Positions 48,937 to 57,006 of a stretch of 64,000 nt of DNA are shown here, one piece after another (position 1 is the stretch's first letter; each line of letters begins with the position of its first letter). The notes under the pieces were generated by a model that saw only the letters and a list, made by a program, of their open reading frames with translations, had not been told where the DNA came from and searched no databases. The stretch is from an uncultured Alphaproteobacteria bacterium (GTDB taxonomy: Bacteria; Pseudomonadota; Alphaproteobacteria; Micavibrionales; Micavibrionaceae): the NCBI GenBank assembly GCA_963702155.1, contig OY969717.1:657563-721562 (forward strand). The letters run 5' to 3'. Both the position numbers and the translations under genes were made by a program.

Positions 48937-50840
48937 GATCGAACTCCTTTACTGCGGACGCGCCGTCCGGATTTAGGTTTTGGCTTCGGTTCGCCTTCTT
49001 TTTCCTGATTGGCCACATGGGTTAAATGCGCCTCAAGATCACGCCAGTGGCGTTCGCTGAAACGATCCAATCCCTCCATAGCGGCGGCGGCTCTGGCATA
49101 GACGTAACAGTCCAATGCTTCGTTGCGCTCACGCAGTTTCTGCCATTCACGGATGGCATATCCCGCGCGGTTGCGCTTTGTAATGAGCTGCTCCGAACAC
49201 ACTTGCCTCATAAACTCTTCATCCATTTTGGGGAAATGGACGAAGCCAGGGGGATACGGATCACCGCTTTCATCGGTGGGCGGTAATTTTCTCAAATTCC
49301 CGAACAGCTCCAGCTTGGCGATATGACCGGATACAGGCCGGATACGAATACCGCGCCGAAGCTTTTTACCGTCGTGGCCGGTTTCAACAGCCGTGGCGGT
49401 ACCGACAAGCGCAGAACCACGCGCAACACCTTTGACGGCCACCACCAAAGAGGAGGATTGTTTACGAACCCAATCGTAGACCTCCTGCGTGGCGTAACCG
49501 CTATCAATGGCGATGCGTTTTAATGAAAGCTGGCATCCCAGCTCATGCGGCCACGTATCGTTGGTTAATTTTGTCAGACGATTCCAAACATCTTGTCGGC
49601 TGGTATCGCCGTCCAAAACGCGGTGTTCAATAAGCCAGCATTCTTTTTCGCGTCCCCATGCCCAGATCGAGGCTTCAATCCGGTCTTTTTGAACGTCAAT
49701 GCCAGCGGTAAGGAAAAAGCCGCCCTTGGGAACCGCACCAACTTTATAATCCTCGCGGCGTTCATATAAACGCTGCCAGTCTGGGGCTTCGCCGGATTCC
49801 ACGAATGTTTCTCCAAGCTCGGTATTTTTGAAGGCTTTGATCGCCGCATCCGAGCCTTGGGCATCCTTCCATGATTTGGCAATATCAACCCATGACCGCC
49901 AACCAACTGGCGAGTACAGCGATGAGAGGTGAAACCCCGCAACTTTGGAGTTGACTTTTTTGTCTTCTGGGGCTGTGGCTTCCCAATAGCCGTTTTCCAG
50001 CATCCATGTTTTGTGATGCTCATCGATAAAGTCATCACAATGTTCACATTGATATCTGGCCAGCTCCGGTTGGTCTTTTGGCCATTTGAGTTGTTCAAAT
50101 TTGAGCCATTGGGACGATCCACAATGCGGACACGGCACCATATAACGGCGTTGGTCGCTTAATTCATATTCGCGTTCAATCCGCGATATGCCCTTAATCG
50201 TGGGCGTAGAGACCAGAAAAATCTTCCGGCGTGAGAATGTCCGCGTCCGTGCTTCAGCCAAAGCAATCGGATCACCTTCATCGTCGATGTCGCCAGGATA
50301 AGCGTCAATCTCATCCAAAAACAAAAACCGGACAGGCATGGAGCGCAGTCCGGTTGCGCTGTTTGCGCCCGTTAAAATCAAAACGCCGCCCTGAAATTCT
50401 TTAGACAAGATCGTGTTGCCGCTATCACGGCTGCGGGCAGGTTTGATCTTCTCGCTTAAGATCGGGCTTTCAGCAATCAACGGATCCAAGCGTTGTTTGG
50501 ATGTCCGTTTGGCCATTTCCACCGTGGGCAGAACCGATAACATCGGCCCTGGCGTGTGGTGAATAACAAATCCAATCCAGTTATTACCAGCCTCGGTCGC
50601 GCCGAGCTGGGAGCCTTTCATGAAAACAACGCGCTCCATATTGGAGTGCGGTGATAGCGCATCCATAATCTCTTTGAGATATGGTGTTCTGCTTGTGCGC
50701 CATGGGCCAGGCTCGGCAGATGACTTACTGGATAAGCGGCGATATTCGTCCGCCCATTCGGATACGGTAAGTATCGGATCGGGTGTAAGGCCGTGCCGAA
50801 ACGCCGTTCCATAGACGGTGTCTGCGTTCGGCATGGTCAT
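48933..50840 (-). CDS. Terminase large subunit (GpA-like)
   Basis: 635 aa. Walker-like KGSQLGATE, an FLDEID acidic motif and a CPHCG...CEHC zinc element, as in GpA terminases. Confidence 0.9.
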   Translation of the reverse strand: MTMPNADTVYGTAFRHGLTPDPILTVSEWADEYRRLSSKSSAEPGPWRTSRTPYLKEIMDALSPHSNMERVVFMKGSQLGATEAGNNWIGFVIHHTPGPMLSVLPTVEMAKRTSKQRLDPLIAESPILSEKIKPARSRDSGNTILSKEFQGGVLILTGANSATGLRSMPVRFLFLDEIDAYPGDIDDEGDPIALAEARTRTFSRRKIFLVSTPTIKGISRIEREYELSDQRRYMVPCPHCGSSQWLKFEQLKWPKDQPELARYQCEHCDDFIDEHHKTWMLENGYWEATAPEDKKVNSKVAGFHLSSLYSPVGWRSWVDIAKSWKDAQGSDAAIKAFKNTELGETFVESGEAPDWQRLYERREDYKVGAVPKGGFFLTAGIDVQKDRIEASIWAWGREKECWLIEHRVLDGDTSRQDVWNRLTKLTNDTWPHELGCQLSLKRIAIDSGYATQEVYDWVRKQSSSLVVAVKGVARGSALVGTATAVETGHDGKKLRRGIRIRPVSGHIAKLELFGNLRKLPPTDESGDPYPPGFVHFPKMDEEFMRQVCSEQLITKRNRAGYAIREWQKLRERNEALDCYVYARAAAAMEGLDRFSERHWRDLEAHLTHVANQEKEGEPKPKPKSGRRVRSKGVRS

Positions 50841-50882
50841 TCATCATGTTTCAATTTTTTAAAAATTTTGTTGTGGATTTGA

Positions 50883-50914
50883 CTGGACTTCCGTTTTTTC
50901 CCAAGCGTTCATGG
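50883..50914 (+). promoter_or_regulatory. Promoter cassette copy 1: CTGGACTT-N10-CCAAGCGTTCATGG
   Basis: One of three copies with identical spacing. GGAC-N17-CGTT resembles ECF-type promoters. Followed by an A(A/C)CGAAAGG leader and an ATG. Confidence 0.55.
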
Positions 50915-50959
50915 CATCACACGATGAGCGTGTAACCCATTCAACCGAAAGGAAAAACA

Positions 50960-51352
50960 ATGTCTAAAACTCAAACAAAGCCCAAAGTGGCACCTAAACA
51001 GCCGGATCTTAAAAAAGATGAGGCGGTAAAACCAAAAACCGCACCCCCAACCACAGTAGAGGCCAAAAAACCGGAAGCGGACAAACCCAAGGCAGAGCCA
51101 GCCAAAAAGGTCACCAACAAACAGCGAATGATCGATATGCTCAATCGCCCCGATGGTGCGACCGATGCCGAGCTGGTCAAAGCCTTTAGCTGGAAAGGCA
51201 ATCATGTCGCCCGAGGCCAACGATCCACACTCGCCAAAGAATACCGCGAAAAGAAAACGGGCTTGATGCTGTGTAAATTTACGCGGACACCCAGCGGTGA
51301 CACCGCATATAAGATTGAGCCAATCGAAGAAGAAAAGCCCCAAGCGGCGTAA
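50960..51352 (+). CDS. DUF3489-family protein with a Lys/Pro-rich N-terminus
   Basis: MLNRPDGATDAELVKAFSWKGNHVARG fits the DUF3489 pattern (GAT..EL....W..HS.RG). Confidence 0.65.
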   Translation: MSKTQTKPKVAPKQPDLKKDEAVKPKTAPPTTVEAKKPEADKPKAEPAKKVTNKQRMIDMLNRPDGATDAELVKAFSWKGNHVARGQRSTLAKEYREKKTGLMLCKFTRTPSGDTAYKIEPIEEEKPQAA

Positions 51353-51461
51353 ATATGGGCGAGTGTCGGGCAATGAAGCCCGACACTCTATTCATTGAAT
51401 ACTAGGAAAGGAGCATTGCAATGAAATCTCTAAAAATACGATCATATGATGGTGTTTTTTG

Positions 51462-51493
51462 CTGGACTTACAGGTGTTTCCAAGCGTTCATGG
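51462..51493 (+). promoter_or_regulatory. Promoter cassette copy 2
   Basis: CTGGACTT at 51462 and CCAAGCGTTCATGG at 51480. Confidence 0.55.
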
Positions 51494-51525
51494 ATGTATA
51501 AAAACAAACAACGAAAGGCAATATA

Positions 51526-51747
51526 ATGAACACACAAACCAAACAAACAGCCGCTGAAAGCGTTGAGATGAGGTTATTTAGAATTAACGTCCAACTTGAC
51601 CGCCTTATGCGTCATAACAAAAAACAAGAACAAAATTTTGACCCAGATAAGGTTACATGGGCAGATGATGGCACACTCGGTCACATCGAAGCCAAGCTTC
51701 AAGAATTAAGCGACTTTGTTTTTCAAGAAGGCGAACACACAACATAG
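51526..51747 (+). CDS. Hypothetical small protein
   Basis: 73-aa ORF preceded by promoter cassette 2 and the AACGAAAGG leader. Confidence 0.5.
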   Translation: MNTQTKQTAAESVEMRLFRINVQLDRLMRHNKKQEQNFDPDKVTWADDGTLGHIEAKLQELSDFVFQEGEHTT

Positions 51748-51760
51748 AAAGGGACACCCC

Positions 51761-52057
51761 ATGACTGACGAAAAAATAATCCGTAAAGAAATGAAACAAT
51801 TACTGGCACATTTCGATGATAAAAAACTCGATAATATCTATTATCTGAAATTCAGATGGGCAGATGAAAGCGAATATGAAGACTTTGAAGAGTACAAAGA
51901 CGTTGTTAAAAAGCACCTTTCAAATTCAGTCTATAAATTCATCTCGCTCGATAAGCGATTTAAATTAACGGTCGAAAACACGGAAACAAATAACATATTC
52001 GCGGTATCATTTAAAAATGATGGCGTGTCCGTCAATTACAAACAAAAAGCCGCATAA
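51761..52057 (+). CDS. Hypothetical small acidic protein
   Basis: Start MTDEKIIRK at 51761. More AT-rich than its neighbours. Confidence 0.5.
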   Translation: MTDEKIIRKEMKQLLAHFDDKKLDNIYYLKFRWADESEYEDFEEYKDVVKKHLSNSVYKFISLDKRFKLTVENTETNNIFAVSFKNDGVSVNYKQKAA

Positions 52058-52060
52058 GGA

Positions 52061-52092
52061 CTGGACTTGCTCCGCGACCCAAGCGTTCATGG
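52061..52092 (+). promoter_or_regulatory. Promoter cassette copy 3
   Basis: CTGGACTT at 52061 and CCAAGCGTTCATGG at 52079. Confidence 0.55.
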
Positions 52093-52113
52093 GTCTAACG
52101 AAAGGAGCAAAAT

Positions 52114-52362
52114 ATGACCGATAATCAAGAGCCGTCATTACAACATACAGTCCGGTGCAAAGCCATGCATGCCAATATTGAGGCCATGGAATACATCGTT
52201 AATAATCTACTCATCCAAATCAAGGCCGCACACGAGAAAGCCCTCTATAACAACAGTGAGGAAGCCATGACCGAATTGGCAAAAACAAAACCAACACTTG
52301 AAGCCATAGCCGCATTATACGAGGCCACAGATAAGCTGAATACAAACGTATTACAGTTTTAA
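52114..52362 (+). CDS. Hypothetical small helical protein
   Basis: 82-aa ORF after cassette 3, with RBS AAAGGAG. Confidence 0.5.
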   Translation: MTDNQEPSLQHTVRCKAMHANIEAMEYIVNNLLIQIKAAHEKALYNNSEEAMTELAKTKPTLEAIAALYEATDKLNTNVLQF

Positions 52363-53606
52363 TCCTCGCCGAATTCTTTTCCGGTCTCGGCATGCGTGGC
52401 CGTCTTGCCTGTGTGATCCTGCCAACGCTGCACAATCACATCCACATACTTCGGATCTAGCTCTATAAGCCGTGCGGAACGCCCTAGATTTTCAGCCGCA
52501 ATCATTGTGGTACCCGAGCCACCGAACGGATCCAGCACGATATCCTGTGTCTTTGATGAATTTTTTATAGCACGTTCCACCAACTCCACTGGCTTCATAG
52601 TGGGGTGAAGCGTCTGCAGATGCGGACGGTTGATATGCCAGATATCACTCTGGTCACGCGCACCGCACCAATAATGATCGTTGCCCTTACGCCAGCCATA
52701 TAAGATCGGCTCATATTGTTTGTGGTAATCAGACCAGCCAAGCGTGTAATGGTTCTTAGCCCAGACAATATGCGTGGAGACATAGCCGCCAGCCTCTTCA
52801 AATGAACGGTGGAGGTTATGCATCTCACTGCCAGCCATACAGATATACAGCGCACCCTTGGTGTATTCGATGGCCACGGCACATAGGTCGGATAAGAATT
52901 TACCAAACTCCGCACCGAGATTATCGTTCATAAGGTCACGGCCTTTGACCTTCTTACCCTTGGCACGGGCGCGAACCTCTTCGGTCTTACCGTAATCAAC
53001 ATTATATGGTGGGTCGGTAAAGCACATATCGGCCAGCTCTTCCGCACCGAACAACCGTTCGTAATCAGATTTCTTTGTGGAGTCACCGCATAATACTTTG
53101 TGCTTACCGCATATCCATATATCACCCAGACGAGAGACGGGGTTATCCGGTGGCTCTGGCGCGGTATCTTCTTCCTCGCGTGCCTGGTCGTCATCCTCTT
53201 CAGGATTGAGTAAGCCATCTATGAACGCTGCTTCCAACGCAGTGATGTCTATATCGAAGCCTTCCTCATCCAGATAGCCCAGCTCCTCTGCCAGTTTTTC
53301 TTCATCCCAGCCGGAGTTGAGTGCGATACTGTTGTCAGCAATAGTCAGAGCGCGCCGCTGGGCTTCGGTCAATCCTTTTAGGATGATCACAGGAAGCTCT
53401 TTATAGCCTATGTTTTGTGCCGCTTCTAAGCGACCGTGGCCAGCAATTATAATATTGTTCTCATCGATAAGGATCGGGTTATAGAAATCAAACTCAAGCA
53501 TCGACCGTTCAATCTGTTTGATTTGATCGGTGGGATGCGTCCGTGCGTTGTTATCGTAGGGGACGATCTCTTCAATGGGTCGGTACTCGACCTTCAATTT
53601 GTTCAT
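52359..53606 (-). CDS. ParB-like nuclease domain fused to an N6/N4 DNA methyltransferase
   Basis: N-terminal ParB/Srx box (ILIDENNIIIAGHGRLEAA). The MTase core has DPPYN and a C-terminal DPFGGSGTT. Confidence 0.88.
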   Translation of the reverse strand: MNKLKVEYRPIEEIVPYDNNARTHPTDQIKQIERSMLEFDFYNPILIDENNIIIAGHGRLEAAQNIGYKELPVIILKGLTEAQRRALTIADNSIALNSGWDEEKLAEELGYLDEEGFDIDITALEAAFIDGLLNPEEDDDQAREEEDTAPEPPDNPVSRLGDIWICGKHKVLCGDSTKKSDYERLFGAEELADMCFTDPPYNVDYGKTEEVRARAKGKKVKGRDLMNDNLGAEFGKFLSDLCAVAIEYTKGALYICMAGSEMHNLHRSFEEAGGYVSTHIVWAKNHYTLGWSDYHKQYEPILYGWRKGNDHYWCGARDQSDIWHINRPHLQTLHPTMKPVELVERAIKNSSKTQDIVLDPFGGSGTTMIAAENLGRSARLIELDPKYVDVIVQRWQDHTGKTATHAETGKEFGED

Positions 53607-53832
53607 ACTGGCCTCTATTACGTGAAGTGTGTGCGAATTATTTTTCGTAACGAAATAAAAAAGGTACTGTGACGCGCCGACGTAAAGGGGCGGCGAACGC
53701 GCGATATTTATTTAGCGACAGGGTTGCCAACTTGGTTGCGGTAACATGGTTTCGGTGGTCGCAAGCATTTGATTTATTTACACAATCACCGAAACGAAAC
53801 CGCCGCTTGGTTTCGGTGCTTATGATCCGGCT

Positions 53833-55122
53833 TCATCGGCAATGCAGAGAAGCGTATAAAGTTCGAAACGCATACGCTGCCACCAGTGGCACCACGCCAT
53901 TTCCACAGAGCCGAAGTCTGTCCACCCGAAAGGCCATCCCATCAGCCATTCGGTGAACAGCGGGTTTAAGCGCATATCCGATATCTTCCCATCTTTCATG
54001 GTTGCTGGGAGATGGTGGCCAGACTGGAATGCCAAGGTCGGAAGCGATATCTGCTGTGTTTTCCGTGGCTTCATCCCGGGGCTGTCTTTCCAATCCCGAG
54101 CGCACGGTGTCGGCCATGCCTTGGCTTGCGCCGTCAATGAGCTGTGAGCCTGATTTGTCCGGTCGTCCATCCGTTTCAGAAATGTTTCCTGTTTCTCGCC
54201 GCTTTCTTGCGCCCGCGGGGTCAGCCATTGTTTCGCTGTTTCCGCAAGGCCGTTGCTGAAATTCGCGCTGGTCGATCCTGGTTCCTGCGCTCTGGGTGTT
54301 GGCCAGTTGATTTTCGCCGTCTTGTATTTCTGGCCGGTTTGTTTCTTCTGCAGATCCTGTTTCGTATAAGGAAAATCCTTCGGTTGCATAACAGTCTCTG
54401 CCAGCGATGGTGTCCGCAGTACGTTGCGCCCATCTTTCCGGATCATCTTTTCCGGTGGTCTGGCTTTGTTGGTATTCGCATCGGTCGCCGTCACCGTCGG
54501 CCACATATGCCGGACTTGATCTCGAAGCATCAGCGGCATGTTCGCTTCCATCTTTTCCTTGAATTTTTGAGGACTTAGACATCCGCCCGTTGCCTCGGTC
54601 GCTTTCACGGTGCGCCATAATGAAGAGCCGTTCACGTTTATGCGTTGCACCGACTTCTTCCGCTGTAAACAAGCCCGCCGCAACGCTGTAACCCATTGAT
54701 CGTAAGTCGTCGTGGACTTGCTGAAAGCCCAAACGTAAATGGTGAGAGACGTTTTCAAAGAAACAGAGTTCCGGCTGGATTGCGGCGACAATGTCTTTGA
54801 TATAAGGCCAGAGATGCCGTGGGTCTTTTTCCCCGCGCTTGACTCCGGCGATTGAGAACGGCTGGCACGGATATCCTGCAGTGAGGATATCCACGCATCC
54901 GCGCCACGGTTTTGGATCGAAGGTCTTAACGTCAGACCAGATAGGTGCGGCATCCATGGTTTCATCTTCCATGCGCGCTGCAAGCTGCGCGGCAGCATAG
55001 GCTTCCCCCTCGACATAACAAACGGTTCTTGCTTCAGGCACTCCGAGCTTAACGCCGAGTTCGAGTCCGCCCGCACCGGAACAGAGGGACAGCACTGTTG
55101 GGGTATATGGATCCACATTCAA
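53833..55122 (-). CDS. DNA (cytosine-5) methyltransferase
   Basis: Motifs LCSGAGG (I), GYPCQPFS (IV), ENV (VI), RERLFI (VIII) and GNGVVP (X) all lie in this frame. A second, fully overlapping 432-codon ORF exists (see findings). Confidence 0.8.
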   Translation of the reverse strand: MNVDPYTPTVLSLCSGAGGLELGVKLGVPEARTVCYVEGEAYAAAQLAARMEDETMDAAPIWSDVKTFDPKPWRGCVDILTAGYPCQPFSIAGVKRGEKDPRHLWPYIKDIVAAIQPELCFFENVSHHLRLGFQQVHDDLRSMGYSVAAGLFTAEEVGATHKRERLFIMAHRESDRGNGRMSKSSKIQGKDGSEHAADASRSSPAYVADGDGDRCEYQQSQTTGKDDPERWAQRTADTIAGRDCYATEGFSLYETGSAEETNRPEIQDGENQLANTQSAGTRIDQREFQQRPCGNSETMADPAGARKRRETGNISETDGRPDKSGSQLIDGASQGMADTVRSGLERQPRDEATENTADIASDLGIPVWPPSPSNHERWEDIGYALKPAVHRMADGMAFRVDRLRLCGNGVVPLVAAYAFRTLYASLHCR

Positions 55123-55150
55123 AATGATTTTTAAGTTTTAGAAAAATCGG

Positions 55151-55648
55151 TTAAACGACCGCAGGTTTTTTCCATTGAAGAGAATCTTCATCGAACCTGT
55201 ATGCAAAACCAAAGTGTCGCTTACAGCATTGCCGTATTTCAGTTACAGTAGCTTTGCCCCAATTTGGCAGAAGTAATAAGTCTGCATCGTTCAAATCCAA
55301 AACTTCATTCAAATTTTTGACACCAATGGATAAAAAGGAATTTACAGTTCTAGTTGAGAGATCAAGGTAGCGGATAGACAAATCAGGAATTCCCTGACTA
55401 TCTATCGTTTCACCGTCGTGAGCTTCAATATGAGCTTCAACATGTGCCGTCATATCTTTTTGATGTTGAACGAGCTTTTTGAGTTGTTTGTTTTCAAAAC
55501 GTAATTTCCAACTATGCTTCACGATGATTGTTTTTATTCTACCCGGGGATAGGTCAAAGCGTTTGGCAAGATCACTAAAACCCACACGCTCGTTAAGCCA
55601 GATATCGAATATTTTCTCGTTTCTTTCTTCTTTTTCAGGATCACGCAT
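55151..55648 (-). CDS. Mor/C-like HTH activator fused to an RNA polymerase alpha-CTD-like domain
   Basis: The N-terminus ERNEKIFDIW..GFSDLAKRFDLSPGRIKTII is Mor-like. The C-terminus LDLSTRTVNSFLSIGVKNLNEVLDLNDADLLLLPNWGKATVTEI parallels E. coli RpoA CTD [44 protein letters not shown]. Confidence 0.65.
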   Translation of the reverse strand: MRDPEKEERNEKIFDIWLNERVGFSDLAKRFDLSPGRIKTIIVKHSWKLRFENKQLKKLVQHQKDMTAHVEAHIEAHDGETIDSQGIPDLSIRYLDLSTRTVNSFLSIGVKNLNEVLDLNDADLLLLPNWGKATVTEIRQCCKRHFGFAYRFDEDSLQWKKPAVV

Positions 55649-55662
55649 CTTTCCTACCTGCG

Positions 55663-56208
55663 TTAAATTGGTTTTTTCGTGAGTTCGGCCAGAGCTTTGT
55701 TAAGTTCTTCCTGCAATTTTTTATGAATCTCCGCAGCATCGTTAAGGCTTGCCAATACAGGAGCCAAACGGTCAGGGATATTGAGAATATTGTCGCGTAC
55801 AGTGCGTGCCTGCTTAAACGCTGCGGCACGGACTTCATCCACATCCACGTATTTGCCGCCTTCAACTTTAGCTTTGATTTCCAGTAATTTTGCTTTTTCA
55901 CTTTCACTTTTGATCCGTGTTTTGAGAAGCAGTGTTGGCAGTTGTGAATCTGATAGTGGGCGTGGCGCGGACACATTGACCGCCGCGCTCTCAATCGCAT
56001 TTTCTGCTTTTCGGTCTTGATGTGTTTGTCTTGCGGGTTCGCGCCGCGCTTCCAATATGGCATCGGCCTGTACTGGATCGATCTTGTCATTAATCGTAGG
56101 AATAACACCTTCTCTGATAAGCCGACCGATATACTGGCGAGAAACGCCGCGTTGCTCTCCGTAATCGGTGCGCGTCAGGAGCTGTTTTTTCTTTGATTTT
56201 TTGGCCAT
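55663..56208 (-). CDS. Putative terminase small subunit (Nu1-like HTH protein)
   Basis: N-terminal HTH (LTRTDYGEQRGVSRQYIGRLIREGVIP) and a coiled-coil C-terminal region resembling small terminases. Confidence 0.5.
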   Translation of the reverse strand: MAKKSKKKQLLTRTDYGEQRGVSRQYIGRLIREGVIPTINDKIDPVQADAILEARREPARQTHQDRKAENAIESAAVNVSAPRPLSDSQLPTLLLKTRIKSESEKAKLLEIKAKVEGGKYVDVDEVRAAAFKQARTVRDNILNIPDRLAPVLASLNDAAEIHKKLQEELNKALAELTKKPI

Positions 56209-56323
56209 GAAATTTTTGGAAGAATTTTTGAGGGGATAAATTGAAGTCAGATTTCCCGATCATGCGTTTTATGATGCATCAATTCGGCAAAAAACCCGCC
56301 ACAAATTTCCGTGACCGATGCGG

Positions 56324-56797
56324 TCACGTTTTTTTGTTATTTAAATCAACGTCTTGATATGTGGGATAGGATTTTATGATAACGCCTTCGGGGTCATGTG
56401 CGTTCAATTTTGCAACAATCTTCATAATGCCGTAATTCAAACGGCGCCGACCTGTGGTCTCTGATATTTTCAATTCATACTCAATGACCTTCCACGGCTT
56501 ACCCATAGCACGCCGCCATATAACTCTGGCTTCCTCTGCATTTGCCCACCGTAACCAGCAGGCCACATGATCATGAAAATCAACTTCGCGGGAGAGAGCG
56601 TATCCACGACTTTTATCGCCTGGGTCGCCTTGAATAATCTCCATTAAGTCACGCAGAACGGGAGGCCAGACAGAGAAATAGCCTTTTGGTTTTACGCTAG
56701 GAAATTTCTTTTCGATATCGGCAGCTTTTCGGATGTAAGAAAACACCATTTCATCCGTCCAATATGGCTCTGGTGGTGGCCCGTAATGGTATGTCAT
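56324..56797 (-). CDS. Hypothetical protein with a sigma-region-4-like HTH
   Basis: WKVIEYELKISETTGRRRLNYGIMKIV resembles a region-4/LuxR-type HTH. Confidence 0.45.
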   Translation of the reverse strand: MTYHYGPPPEPYWTDEMVFSYIRKAADIEKKFPSVKPKGYFSVWPPVLRDLMEIIQGDPGDKSRGYALSREVDFHDHVACWLRWANAEEARVIWRRAMGKPWKVIEYELKISETTGRRRLNYGIMKIVAKLNAHDPEGVIIKSYPTYQDVDLNNKKT

Positions 56798-57006
56798 TTG
56801 GCACCTCCATATCCGTATCTGGCTTCGGCGATCATGAATAAAAAATTGCGTTCATCATCCGTTAAGCGTGTATCCGAAGGGCAAATCATTAAAACGCCTT
56901 GTTCGATCCACGCACGGCGGCGCATGACCTCCATTTCATGACTATCCGCTGGGCTGTCCGGCATGAGTTTTGTTAAAGGGGACTTTCTGGGATATCCGCT
57001 CATCAT
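56794..57006 (-). CDS. Hypothetical small protein
   Basis: 70-aa ORF with overlapping stop/start on both sides. Confidence 0.45.
   Translation of the reverse strand: MMSGYPRKSPLTKLMPDSPADSHEMEVMRRRAWIEQGVLMICPSDTRLTDDERNFLFMIAEARYGYGGAK

Noticed and set aside
50909-51373. 154-codon minus-strand ORF opposite the DUF3489 gene
   Set aside because: The plus-strand frame has the DUF3489 motif, an RBS and a dedicated promoter cassette. The antisense product is Phe/Gly/Leu/Cys-rich low complexity.
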